Shown here piece after piece: positions 30,567 through 41,764 of a stretch of 64,000 nt of DNA. Made by a program: the position numbers and the translations under genes. Below the pieces are notes generated by a model, which saw only the letters and a list, made by a program, of their open reading frames with translations, made no database searches and was not told where the DNA came from. Source of the stretch: the human T2T-CHM13v2.0 reference genome, Homo sapiens. Every line of letters starts with the position of its first letter. Position 1 is the first letter of the stretch. The DNA is taken from NCBI RefSeq assembly GCF_009914755.1, contig NC_060927.1, one strand, 5' to 3'.

Positions 30567-30950
30567 ATGGGTTCCTGGAGGTACATTGATTCCCTCCCCC
30601 CAGGAACACCAGGAAGTGCAGGATTAGATCTCGCAGTCAGAGAACAGGTAACGTTAGTTGGTGGAGACAAACCTATCAAAGTTCCCACTGGTATTTGGGG
30701 ACTTTTACCAACAGGATACACAGGACTAATTTTAGGCAAAAGCCGGCTTAACTTGCAGGTCATTACTATAGTCCCAGGAGTTGCTGACTCTGATTATGAA
30801 AGAGAAATTCAAGTAGTTTTAATGTCACAAGATCTTTGGGTTTTTGAACCTGAAGAATATAATGCTCAATTATTGCTTGTTCCCTGCAAATTACACCCCT
30901 CTCCATGAAAGGAGAAATGAGGAAATAAAGGGTTTGGGAGCACAACTACA
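30567..30950 (+). pseudogene. Betaretroviral dUTPase domain of pro
   Basis: GSAGLDL, GKSRL, GVADSDYEREI, AQLLL motifs in ORF 30567-30908; motif 5 (xGNKGFGST) lies beyond two TGA stops. Confidence 0.9.
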
Positions 30951-30959
30951 TGGGAAATC

Positions 30960-31400
30960 TATCTATCCCAACCCATAGCCTCTAATAGACCCACATGTGT
31001 AGTACAAATTAAAGGAAAGAAATCTTATGGGCTTATGGATACGGGAACTGATGTGTCAGTAATATCTAAAGACAATTGCCCCCATCCTGGCCCTTGCAAT
31101 TAACTTCTACATCCTTAGTGGGAGTAGGAACAGCTCAACGTGTTCAACAGAGTGCTGAGATTTTACCTCGTCTCAGTCCAGATGGACAGTCATGTACTTT
31201 TCAACTTTATGTTGCAAATATAGCCATCAATTTATGGGGTCGAGACTTACTTACAGCATGGGATGGGAGACTTACAAATGAAAACTTTGATAACTCAGAA
31301 TTTAAAATGTAGAAGAACATGGGATATCAGAGTGGAAAAGGTTTGGGGAGGTTTCTACAATGAAATCCTAACCCGGTATCAGTAACTGGAAAAACAGATA
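30960..31400 (+). pseudogene. pro: Aspartic protease plus G-patch remnant
   Basis: GLMDTGTDVS active-site motif near 31030; NLWGRDLL; MGYQSGKGLG near 31318; frameshifted. Confidence 0.88.
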
Positions 31401-31413
31401 GAAAAGGGCTAAG

Positions 31414-32600
31414 GTGTCAGGATTTCTGACAGGGGTCATTGATATTTCTCCTCCGCCCACTGCCTTACCATTAGAATGGCTCTTTCCACCTAATCAAACA
31501 GTCAAAACCTTGCAAATTTCTCTTTCTTTAATTACACAAATTGCATCTACGGGCAAGCATAGGTCAAAAATGCTTATGGGATATGATCCTGACAAAATTA
31601 TTGTTCCTTTAGACTCCCAGCAACAAGCCGCAACTTGGGAAATGGTGACTGCCTGGCAAACTCTTTTGCAGATTTCGTGGGTGCTATAGATAACCACTAC
31701 CCCTTAGACAAAATTTTACAATTTTATAAAATCCACTCTTTCATTCTTCTTGTGATTACTCATCACACGCCTATTCCAGGTGGACAGACTTATTTTACTG
31801 ATGGCTCTTCCAAAGGTCATGCCACTATCTATGGACCTAAACACACTCAAACAATAATGACCCCTGGTGCTTTAGCTCAATGCTCAGAGCTAATTGTAGT
31901 CATTCAGGTTTTACAGCTTACAGCTTCAGATCCTGTCAACATTGTCTGTGATTCAGCTTATGTTGTAAATGTAGCCCATTGCATAAAAGCTTCTACAGTT
32001 AAAAGTACACTAGACCCAGAACTTCTTAATTTGTTTCACTTATTCTCATATGCTGCATGCTACATGCCAAACAGGTGAGACAGCTGTTCATGTACAGCTA
32101 CACTGTCATCATTTGCTCATATGGGGCTACCTAAACAAAAACTGACAAGGGACCCACTTAATCTAGTCATGCTTTTCAAAATTTCTTACAGCTTTGGGCT
32201 ATAACCCAAAAAACAGGAATTCCTTATAATCCTAGAGGACAAGGCATTATAGAACAGGCACATCAAATATTACAACGCATGCTGAAAAAACAAAAAAGGG
32301 GTATAGGAGGCCAACTACCACCTTAATCAAAACTACATTTAGCCTTATTTACTTTAAATTTTTTGACTGCTGGTATGGATGGTAAGACTCCAGCAGAAAG
32401 ACATTGGCAAATGTTAGAGGAAAAGAGGAAAGTTTATCCAAAAGTGTTATGGAAAACGCCGGAAAAAGGAAAATGGAAAGGTCCAGTGGATTTACTGATG
32501 AGGGGAAGAAGGCATGCTTGTGTTTTTACAGGAGATGGACAAACCGTGTGGGTGCCCTCAAGGTGCGTGCGACTATGGAATGGGAGACTGGAGGAACCCA
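31414..32600 (+). pseudogene. pol: pol remnant: RT polymerase domain deleted; connection, RNase H and partial integrase retained
   Basis: YFTDGSSKG...NIVCDSAYVV (RNase H); TGIPYNPRGQGIIE integrase core near 32215; WKGPVDLL integrase C-terminus; no YMDD-type motif seen. Confidence 0.88.
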
Positions 32601-33115
32601 GGGTGGCCAACCATGGGCCCAGTCCCTCTGATACAAGCCATGAGTCAGCTAAGCCTGAGTGCAAAGATGGAGAGAAGGCCAACCGGAGTCACGACACAGT
32701 TCTAATGTTACATTTGTAAAGAGTATCACCACTCAATTTACAGTTTGTGTTTTTAATCCTTATGTCTTTTTGGCAGCTAAGAAGGACCAGCTCTAGGTAA
32801 ACAATACCCAATTGACCTATAAATCTTGCCAGTTATATCACTGCATTAATCATAGCACATTGCAAACATGTAATATCTCTACTTTGTTGATTTTAGGTCT
32901 CATCCCTGGGCTATGGATTCCCGTTAATCTGTCTGAGCCTTGGGCTGCCACACCTGCTTTGCATTTTGTAAAAACTTCTTCTAACTCAGCTAACTCATTG
33001 TGTCCATAGAGCCTTAGGCACGATAATTTTTGCTATTGTTTCCTTGATCACACCAATAACTTCTGTTGTGATATCTTCTGTAGCTTTGCATAGTTCTATT
33101 CAAACAGCTTAGTAC
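32600..33115 (+). pseudogene. env: env leader/SU remnant (largely deleted) and fusion peptide
   Basis: GLWIPVNLSEPW near 32908; degenerate cleavage site CVHR then ALGTIIFAIVSLIT; TAG at 33110-33112. Confidence 0.8.
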
Positions 33116-33724
33116 ATGGAGAACTGGACATGCACAGCCAGCCAAGCGTGGCTACTTCAGAATAAAATTAACACTGAGTTACAAACTGAAGTGGTAATGT
33201 TGAAATCCATGGTTCTATGGTTAGGGGAACAAGAACAAAGCTTGCAATTGCAGCAACAATTGTGTTGTCATTTTACTCACACTCATATTTGTGTAACCAA
33301 CTTAGAATATAACCAAAGTAAGTATCCGTGGGACCTTGTGGAAGCCCATTTTCAGGGAGCTTTCACATCCAACATCACCTTTGATATTGGTGAATTACAA
33401 AACAAAATTCTTGATTTAAACAGGCAAACTCAAGAATTTGAGCCTTCTTTAGAAGACTGGACCGGATTCCAGCAAGGCCTGGAGAGCCTCAACCCTTGGA
33501 ACTATCTAACACACCACAGTTACATCTTTTATGTGGTTCTTGGAATAATGTTGTTTTGTCTCTGTCTTCTGTTTATAGTCTGTAAAATCAGATGGACTGC
33601 CAATTGGAGAATGAGAGCTGCCCAGCCTGGCCTTACGTTCTTTCAATTAATTCATAAACAGAAAGGGGGATATGCAGGGAGCCGAAGGCCCGTAGGATTC
33701 GGCATTCCACTGGAGGCTATGTGA
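33116..33724 (+). CDS. env: Open env TM frame (202 aa), expression unproven
   Basis: Heptad region, CHFTHTHIC loop, membrane anchor IFYVVLGIMLFCLCLLFIVC, tail ending inside the 3' LTR. Confidence 0.45.
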   Translation: MENWTCTASQAWLLQNKINTELQTEVVMLKSMVLWLGEQEQSLQLQQQLCCHFTHTHICVTNLEYNQSKYPWDLVEAHFQGAFTSNITFDIGELQNKILDLNRQTQEFEPSLEDWTGFQQGLESLNPWNYLTHHSYIFYVVLGIMLFCLCLLFIVCKIRWTANWRMRAAQPGLTFFQLIHKQKGGYAGSRRPVGFGIPLEAM

Positions 33725-34136
33725 TCAAACAGCAAACTGTTTATCATGAATGCAGAATGTGGGCAAACTCACAACTGCTCCTGCCGACAGAAGGTTTGCT
33801 GGAGGCAATCACTCCCTGGCACTGAGGTTATCTACTGCGACATCTAGAGCCTGTTGTTCGAGGAATGCAGTCTTGCAAGCCTACTCTGGACTGAGCAGCT
33901 GACCCCTTCTTCCACCCCCCTTCTCACTATCTCTTTTGCCTAATAAATATGGAGGGCTGTGTAAAGCTCAGGGCCCTTGTCTACTAGAAGCAAAGTGCCC
34001 CCTGACCCCTTCTTCCAAATACACTCTTTTGTCTCTTGTCTTTTATTCCCGCATTCACTCCCTTTGTTCAGTCCCCCGAGGTCTGTGTGGGTTACACAGT
34101 GGCACCCCGAATAGTGACAGAATCAGGTGTTCCACA
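33673..34136 (+). repeat. 3' LTR (LTR3-type)
   Basis: Follows PPT AAACAGAAAGGGGGATA; ends TCCACA then TSD TTTTAT. Confidence 0.92.
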
Positions 34137-34619
34137 TTTTATGAACACCCTTCCCATCATTTGTCATTTGGTGAATTATTACTCATCCTTCAGATTTTAG
34201 CTTTCAAGCCATTTCCTTGGAGAGACTTCCCCCAAGCCCCCTCATATTGACCATTTCCCTCTATGATTCTCCTTCAAAGGACACTCTGCTTTTCCATTTT
34301 ATGCTTATAGTAAGTTGCCTTCCTATATTTACTGGTGTGTTTATCTGATTAATATCTTTCTCCCAACTAAACTGCACAGAAATGTTGAGATGGGCCCTGA
34401 AGTTCTCCAAGGTAGATAGATGGTGGCAGTGAAGTTGTGATAAGGAGGGAGGGCAAGAGGGGACGTGGCCAGAAGCCCACAGGTCCCTGGCTGATGGAAA
34501 CATGAGGTGTGAAGAGGGACAGCATTTTCAGAAACTTTGAGTGCCGTTTTCCCTCTTGACCCCACAACCCCCTCCACCTAGGTCCTCATTTCCTTGCTCC
34601 TCTTGATAATAAAAGTTTT

Positions 34620-35980
34620 CAAAAGAATCATTCATGCCCCTTGTCTCCTATTGCTCTCATCACAGTCACAAAATCAGGCTTTTGTACCCACTACACAACC
34701 AAAATATTTTGTCAAGGCCAGCTATGCGCCTCCAAGTGGCTGAATCCCAGGGACTACAGTCACTCCACATTCTCTCTTGGCCCATCAGCGGCAGTAGACA
34801 CAGCTGTGGGCCCCACCTTCCTGAAGCCTTCTCTTCCCCTTGCAGACCGCTCCTCTGCTTCTCCTCCCTCGCCAGCCACTCCTTCCCAGTCCCCTTTGCT
34901 GGTGTCTCCTGACTGCCTTGACCACTGAATGCTGGGGGCTCCCAGGTTCAGGCCTGGGTCTCCGCTTCTCTGACCACAATCACTCCCTTGGTGATGTTCA
35001 TTCTGAGGCACACAGGTTTTAAATGCCTCCTGTAAGTCAACAGCTCCCAAATCAGTATTACTAGCTTAACCTCCTTCCTGGACGACTGACTCTATACTCA
35101 GCTGCCTGCCTGCAACCTCCCCTTAGAGATTGTAGATATGTCAAACTACACATGGCCCAAAGCAAGCTCCTGGCTCTCTTCTCACCCCACCCTGATCCTC
35201 CTGCTTTTTTCCCCATCCCAGTAAATGACAACTCTGTCTGTCCATGAGCTCAGGCCAAAACCTCTGTGTTGCCTTGACTCCTCCCCACGTCCAATTCATC
35301 ACCATCGTCAGAGGTGGTCCTCCTGTGTCTGCCTTTGCCTTCTTGCCGCTCTTTCTCAACCGTGCAGCCTCAGCAACCTTTGGAAAGGAGAGTCAGGTCA
35401 TGTCACTTCTTGGCTAAAAAGATTTCAGTGACTTGCATCTACTCAGAACAAATCCAAAGTCCCAACAGCAGTGCACAAGGCCCTACCTGACCTGCCCCCA
35501 ACCAACTCTCCACCCTCCCTCCTCATCTCTGACCCCTCTCCTTCTTGCACCCTTTTCTCCAGCTTCCCTGGTTTCCCTGATGTTCCTTAAATGTGACAAG
35601 CTCACTCCTGCCCCAGGGTCTTTGCACCATTGGTTTTCCTGCCTGCAGTACTTTTTGCAGATGGCCCCGAGACTTGCTTCCTCATTTTTTCAGAGTTCTG
35701 CTCAATATCAGCGTCTCCATAATACCTTCCTTGACTGCCCTGTTATCAATGGCAACCCCATGTCCCCAGAGCTTCCTATGCCCTTAAGCTGCATTTTAAA
35801 ATTTCACAGCATGTATCCCCATCTCATTTTCTATATTCGCTTGTTCGTTTATTGCCCATCTCACCGGCTAGAACCTGAGTTCCATGAAAGTGAGAACTGT
35901 ATGCCCAGCTCACCTCTGCAGCTGGGAAGAGGCCCTGCTAAAGGAATGAATGAGACTCTGCTCAATAAATATTTATAGAT
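34620..35980 (+). mobile_element. L2 LINE 3' fragment (approximate)
   Basis: C/T-rich L2-like sequence ending CTAGAACCTGAGTTCCATGAAAG...GCTCAATAAATATTT. Confidence 0.7.
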
Positions 35981-36973
35981 TAAACCAACAAGTAAGTGGA
36001 TTTATATTTACTTCCACGTGGATCTCAGGGTTATGTTCAAGATGTCATCTAGTAATGAGAGTTGTGAACTGGGATTCTGAGGAAACAGCTCATTCCTGAC
36101 TCCTTACTAACCCTTTTGTATGTTTTCAAAGCAAATATGCAAAGCATGAAGACCTTCAAAAACCCTTCTCTTCCCTCTCAAACCCTGATTCAGCTTGCAA
36201 AGGGCAAAAGAGCCCTTCCTTTTCTTGTAGGAGACCTGAGTCTCTTAGATGGTTTCCCTATATGACCTTGGTCAATCCAGATACTCTCGTTGGGCCTCAT
36301 TTTCTCCTTCTGTAAAGCCTCCGAGATCTTCCAGCTCTGACGTTCTATGGTTCATTTCCACCTGAGATGGCTGTGGCACTTTGACTTCACTGGGGGAAGC
36401 ATTTCAGATAAGCAGGCCCTGCTATCTCTGGAGCCTTTCTCTTCACCTTCATCCCTTCACGTGAAACCCAACGCCAGAGCTTCTGGGACAGCCTCCTCAT
36501 TGATAAAGTGTTCCCTGACTTCTCAATGAGCTTGCACACTGTAGCTGCAGCGATAATGGGCTATATCTGGCTGGCCCGGAATCTTGCCTATGTTCCAGTC
36601 AGTGCTGTGACTATCAGTTGTCTGCTGAGCATGAATGGCCAGAGGCAGAAAAAGGACAAGGAGCCCCGCTGGTGAGAAGTGGAAGTGATTAACTTATGTC
36701 GCATGCTCCAGCGGGAGTCTCAGCCAGCGATAGGCGAATGAGTGTATGATGACAGCTGCCTTGGAGTTCACACCACACCATCAGCACTCTGCAGGAAACA
36801 GATTACTTCAGGGCTTGAGAGCTCGTTGACAGCTGGAGCTTTCTGATAAAGTTGTCAGAAAGTGAAAAGGACAGTCCCAGGAAGTTGTAAGCTTCCTGTC
36901 CTTGGAGGTGTTGTGGTAGAGGAGGAGAAGTGGTGGATGGGATGTTGTAGACGAGGTTGAAAGTGCACTGATG

Positions 36974-37390
<417 letters not shown>

Positions 37391-39408
37391 GGGCAGTGAT
37401 GGGCAGACCATGTCTGTCCTGTTCTTCACAATGTCATTATAACCTAACATGGTCTCCTCTTCTGTGCTCAGGGGCTCAGGGCCAAGGTGTATCTGTCTGG
37501 GCATCAGTTGGGGCCCCAGGAAATGGTGGAATGAGGGGAAGGTGGTATAAGCAAGTTGGGCTAAACTTCTAGAAGGAGAGCCAGGATCCAGGTGTCAGGA
37601 AAGGGCAAAATCCAGAGATAGTCAGAAAGAGAGAGGAATTCAGGGTGGGAAGCAAATATTCACAATAGGAGAAATGAGATAAAGTGAAAACAAGTCAAGA
37701 TCAACTAAGATCGGAGGACAGTGGGTCCAAGTGGTCACTTATAAGTTGGAAAAGGTATGATGCCAGGTGCATTGGCCTAGATTTAAAAATGACCAGAAGT
37801 GGGGTGTACATTGTGTCTTGCTGATAACACTGCACTGCAGAACACTAGTGATCATCTTTTCAGGAAGGCCAATTCAGAAAAAACAGAAGGACTCATGGGC
37901 CACGTTTACCACCACCTAAAATACTTCTGTTAACTCTCATGAAAAAAAATACAGATATTCTTGTAACTTGGATTACATACTTTGTGCAATGTCACTTAGA
38001 AAATTGGTACTGCTTTTGGCCACTTTGATGTTACTCTCCAGGCCTATTTGAGAAGATGATAAGAGGTGGCAACTTTCTAATCTTTCACCTTAGTATAGCC
38101 CAAGCAAAGAGCTATATAGACCCTTGTGGGCTGTCCACATGATCTCATCTCTGCTGTAGAATTTCATCAAGTGGAATTTCAACTTTGGAGAAAGCAATAT
38201 AAACTACATGGTTGCGTAAGGAGTCCACAAGTCTGAATACTTATTCTGTTAGCAGCCCCACCCCTCTCTTTTTCACTTTGATTTGCATGTAGTTTTCAGT
38301 CAGGCCAGAAAAAGCACTTAAAGCTCTCCATTCCATGACCCCCACCCTCCCAAAGGCGTGAGCCCTGTTGGGCTTTGGCGTCAGTCTGAAAGATCGTGCA
38401 CGTTCTCTGTTTCTACCCAAGCATGTCACAGGAGAGAGCCTGACCTGGGTGGGGTGAGATGAGGAAACTGGATGACTTCCCAGCCTCTCATGAGTCAGGT
38501 GTTCATGGCCTCATTCTTTTATTCAGAGAGGATTCCTGGAACATAACCTATTTTCTGATATCAGTGCAAAAACACCTTTAGCGCCAAGTGGCACCCTTTG
38601 GGGTCACATCGATGGACCCTACAGGCAGCGTCCTCTTCAGAATGGGAGAGACGGACTGGGAGAAGCAGCCAGGAGGCCCTCTTTGCAGAGTCTCTGGGGC
38701 GATGGTGCAAAGTTTAAGTTTTATTCTAAGAGCAATGGGAAGTTATTAGAGAGTTTGATGCAGACAGGCCATGATGTGATAACCATTTTTAGAAGATATC
38801 TCTGTCCGCAGAGTGGGTGATGAAACTGAGGGAGGGAGGGGATGAGGGAGACAAGTTAGGAGGCTACTGAGGTCTCCATCCATTCGCATATTCATTCATT
38901 CTCCAAATATTTCCTGTACTCCAACTGTATGGGCAGCAGGCACTGGAGATGAGGCTCCCTACCCTGCCAGAGCTTAGGGGTGAGAACGACAATAAAAAAG
39001 GAAACAACTAAACAGAAGAGATCATTTCAAAGTGTGATGAGTGCTATGCAGAACATGAAACAAGGTGCTGTGATAAAAGGGACTGGAAGGGAGGTGACAG
39101 TCACTTCAGAGGGCTGAGGGGACAGAAAGCCTTTCTGAGGAAATGGCATTTGTGTTAAGACCTAATACTGGGACTGTGTGAGTCATATGAAAGTGTGGAG
39201 TGGGGGTAGGGGAGTGTTACAGGTAGAGGAAACCGTGAGTGCAAAGGCCTTGAGGCAGGAATGAGCTTGGCTTGTGACCAGGGAGTGACGTCTAGGAAGA
39301 GAGGTCAGCAGGGGCCAAGCTAGGCAGCTCCTTGAAGCCCCCAGTTAGTAGCTGGCTTTTATTCTGAGAGGATGAGGAGCCATGACAGAGGGTCCAATGA
39401 TAGAATCC

Positions 39409-39633
39409 AGGGGCTGGCAAACTATAGCCCACAGGTCATGTTGGCCCACCTACTGTTTGTGTAAATAAAGTTTTATTGGAACACAGCCTCACCCATTCAT
39501 TTACATGTTGTCTATGGCTGCTTTCACACTACAAGGCAGAGCTGAGCAGTTGTGACAGAAACCAGCTGGCCCACAAAGCCTAAAATACTTTCTCTCTTTC
39601 TGGCCTTTTGCAGGAAAGTTTGCTGATGTCTGA
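39409..39633. mobile_element. MER58A-like hAT MITE
   Basis: CAGGGGCTGGCAAACTATAGCCCACAGG...GTAAATAAAGTTTTATTGGAACACAGCC...AAAGTTTGCTGATGTCTG. Confidence 0.85.
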
Positions 39634-41764
39634 TTTAGTTTGTGTTTTCAGAAGGTGACTGATTCTGGCTGCTGTGTGGGGTGGCATCATGACATGGAGC
39701 TACAAGGCCACTGTGGGACAAGAGATGAAGATGAGGTCTCTGCTTTGCATCAGTGCCTTTCGGCTGATGTTTCCTCCTCCCTCTGTCCCTCCATCAGACA
39801 GAGGGAGATGGTGGCTCAGCCTGGTGGGCTTATCTTTCTGGGTGCACACTGCTTCTAAGGACAGTGGCTGCCCGGCACACTGTGGCCAGCCAGGCAGACT
39901 CTGCTTTGCCGGGTGAACTTGGCAAGAGGAGTTCACTGCTGCTTCTGGAGCCTCCACCCAAACCAAAACTGCCTGTCTTTTGTCTGCGACACCTCGTCAC
40001 CAATTTAGGGCTTAGGAGACAGCATGGGCCAAGCAGCTGCTTCCCATTCCCCGCTTGTCCCATGTCAGCAGCTGCTCATGATTGCCAAGCGTGCCCACAC
40101 CACTCCCAGCAGACGGCAAGAGGCGCTGTGAGAAAAAGATCTAGTGTCCAAATTGCAGGGCAGATTGCTTTTGTTTTGTTTCTTAAGAAAAACATGAAAT
40201 AAGTAAAATAGTTGAGTATTGTATTAGAAAACTAACCCCAAACATCTGGGTTTTTGGTACTGTGGTAGCTTATTTTCATTCTTTTGTTTGTAACTGACAA
40301 ATATTCACAAAATAATTGAGTTGGTACAATTTTTTAAAGAAGGAAAACCATCCACGTTGTGTAAAGACATGGTGAGGATGAGAGCAGGGACAAGAACAGA
40401 CGATTTGGAATGATATCACAGCTGTCCCCAAGTAGCTCTCTCTGGTGGAGCTTATTTCAACCAGAATTTATTGAGCACCTACTCTGTGCCAACTATTGTC
40501 AGGTACTCGGGAGGCTGAGTGAAATAAAACAAGGTCCCTGCTGTCTGGGCACTCACAATCAGATAACAATGACTATAAGAGTGGCAATATGACAATATAA
40601 CCAAAACAAAGCACTTGTGATAGTCCTTCATCCCCACAACATCCCTCTAATGTAGGTATTCTCCTCCCAATTTTAAATTGACATTTGAAGAGGAAATGCC
40701 AGAGTTGGGATTTGAAACCCATTTATTTGCCTTCAGAGCCTTCTGCTGCCCCTTGGATTAGTAGAGCTAGAACTAGTCAGTGTAAGTTCTAGGGAGGTAG
40801 GTTTCAGCCCAAGAACAGAAGGGCAACTAAAAAGGTGATGAGCTGTGTGTCAAGGGTGTTGTGTAAATCAAGGCCTACGGAGGCATGGCTGAATCCAGAC
40901 CCTCCAAAGAGATTCTCAGAAATTAATCTCTCTCCGTGTCTTGGCTCTGCTTTTCCCTGGCTTGACTGCAGTAGCAAGTAGATTTTTCCCTATGAAATGG
41001 CAGGATGCCATCAGGAGCTTCAAGCTAACATTCTATCTACTCCACAGAGTCTCAACAGAAAGAGGGCATCTTTTCTAAATGGTTTCAGCAAAAGTCCCAG
41101 GACTAACTCTCATTGGCCTAGTTTGAGTCACATGCCCGTGTCTGAGCAAATTTCTACAGCCACATGAATGTGGGACTCTCATTGAATAAACTCACCAACA
41201 CACATGGACTGAGAGCAGTCCTCATCCCCTATCTTCTGGGGTCCCCTAATACCACTCTTCTCAATGGTATAAAGGTACTGGGCTCTTTGAGGTCTTTGGA
41301 TCAGAGGTCATGGGTTCCATTATAATAGAAGGAGGGTGGATTTGGAGTTCAACAGCTTGGTTAGTCACTTAATGTGTGACCTTGAATAAATACCCTTCTC
41401 TGAGCCTCATCTATAAACTGGGTATCATAGCACCTTCCCTGCTGGCTGCAGGAATGATTAAACCGGCACTGGCTGCACAGTGGATGCCGAGTCTCAATAT
41501 CCAGCTCCTGGGATAGGGGCCACTTGGACAAGGGCTGTTTGTAAAGGGCTGGCCAAGCCAGTTTCCCTCTCCAGCTTCTCTAGCTCCAGCCGGCTCCCCA
41601 GAACGACGTTCCCAGAATGAATTGGCTCAACTCCTTGCAGAAATGCTTCCAGAAAAGGCAATTCGGGATCAGGTCCTACACTTTTTAGCTGTGTTAGACA
41701 CAGCTGAGTGGTAGAAAATGTACATTCTGGGTCTTCTTCATGGCATCATTAGGACAAAGGTGAA

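Larger units (their letters stand above)
28932..34136 (+). mobile_element. HERV-K(HML-6)/HERVK3 provirus with LTR3-type LTRs, internally deleted (~5.2 kb)
   Basis: Paired LTRs beginning TGCAGGGAGCCGAAGGCCC; 6-bp TSD TTTTAT (28926-28931, 34137-34142); Lys-type PBS remnant; betaretroviral gag-dut-pro-pol-env order; PPT before 3' LTR. Confidence 0.93.

Noticed and set aside
38281-39295. Octamer ATTTGCAT and AP-1 TGAGTCA motifs suggesting an enhancer
   Set aside because: Short motifs expected by chance in 64 kb; no chromatin data available
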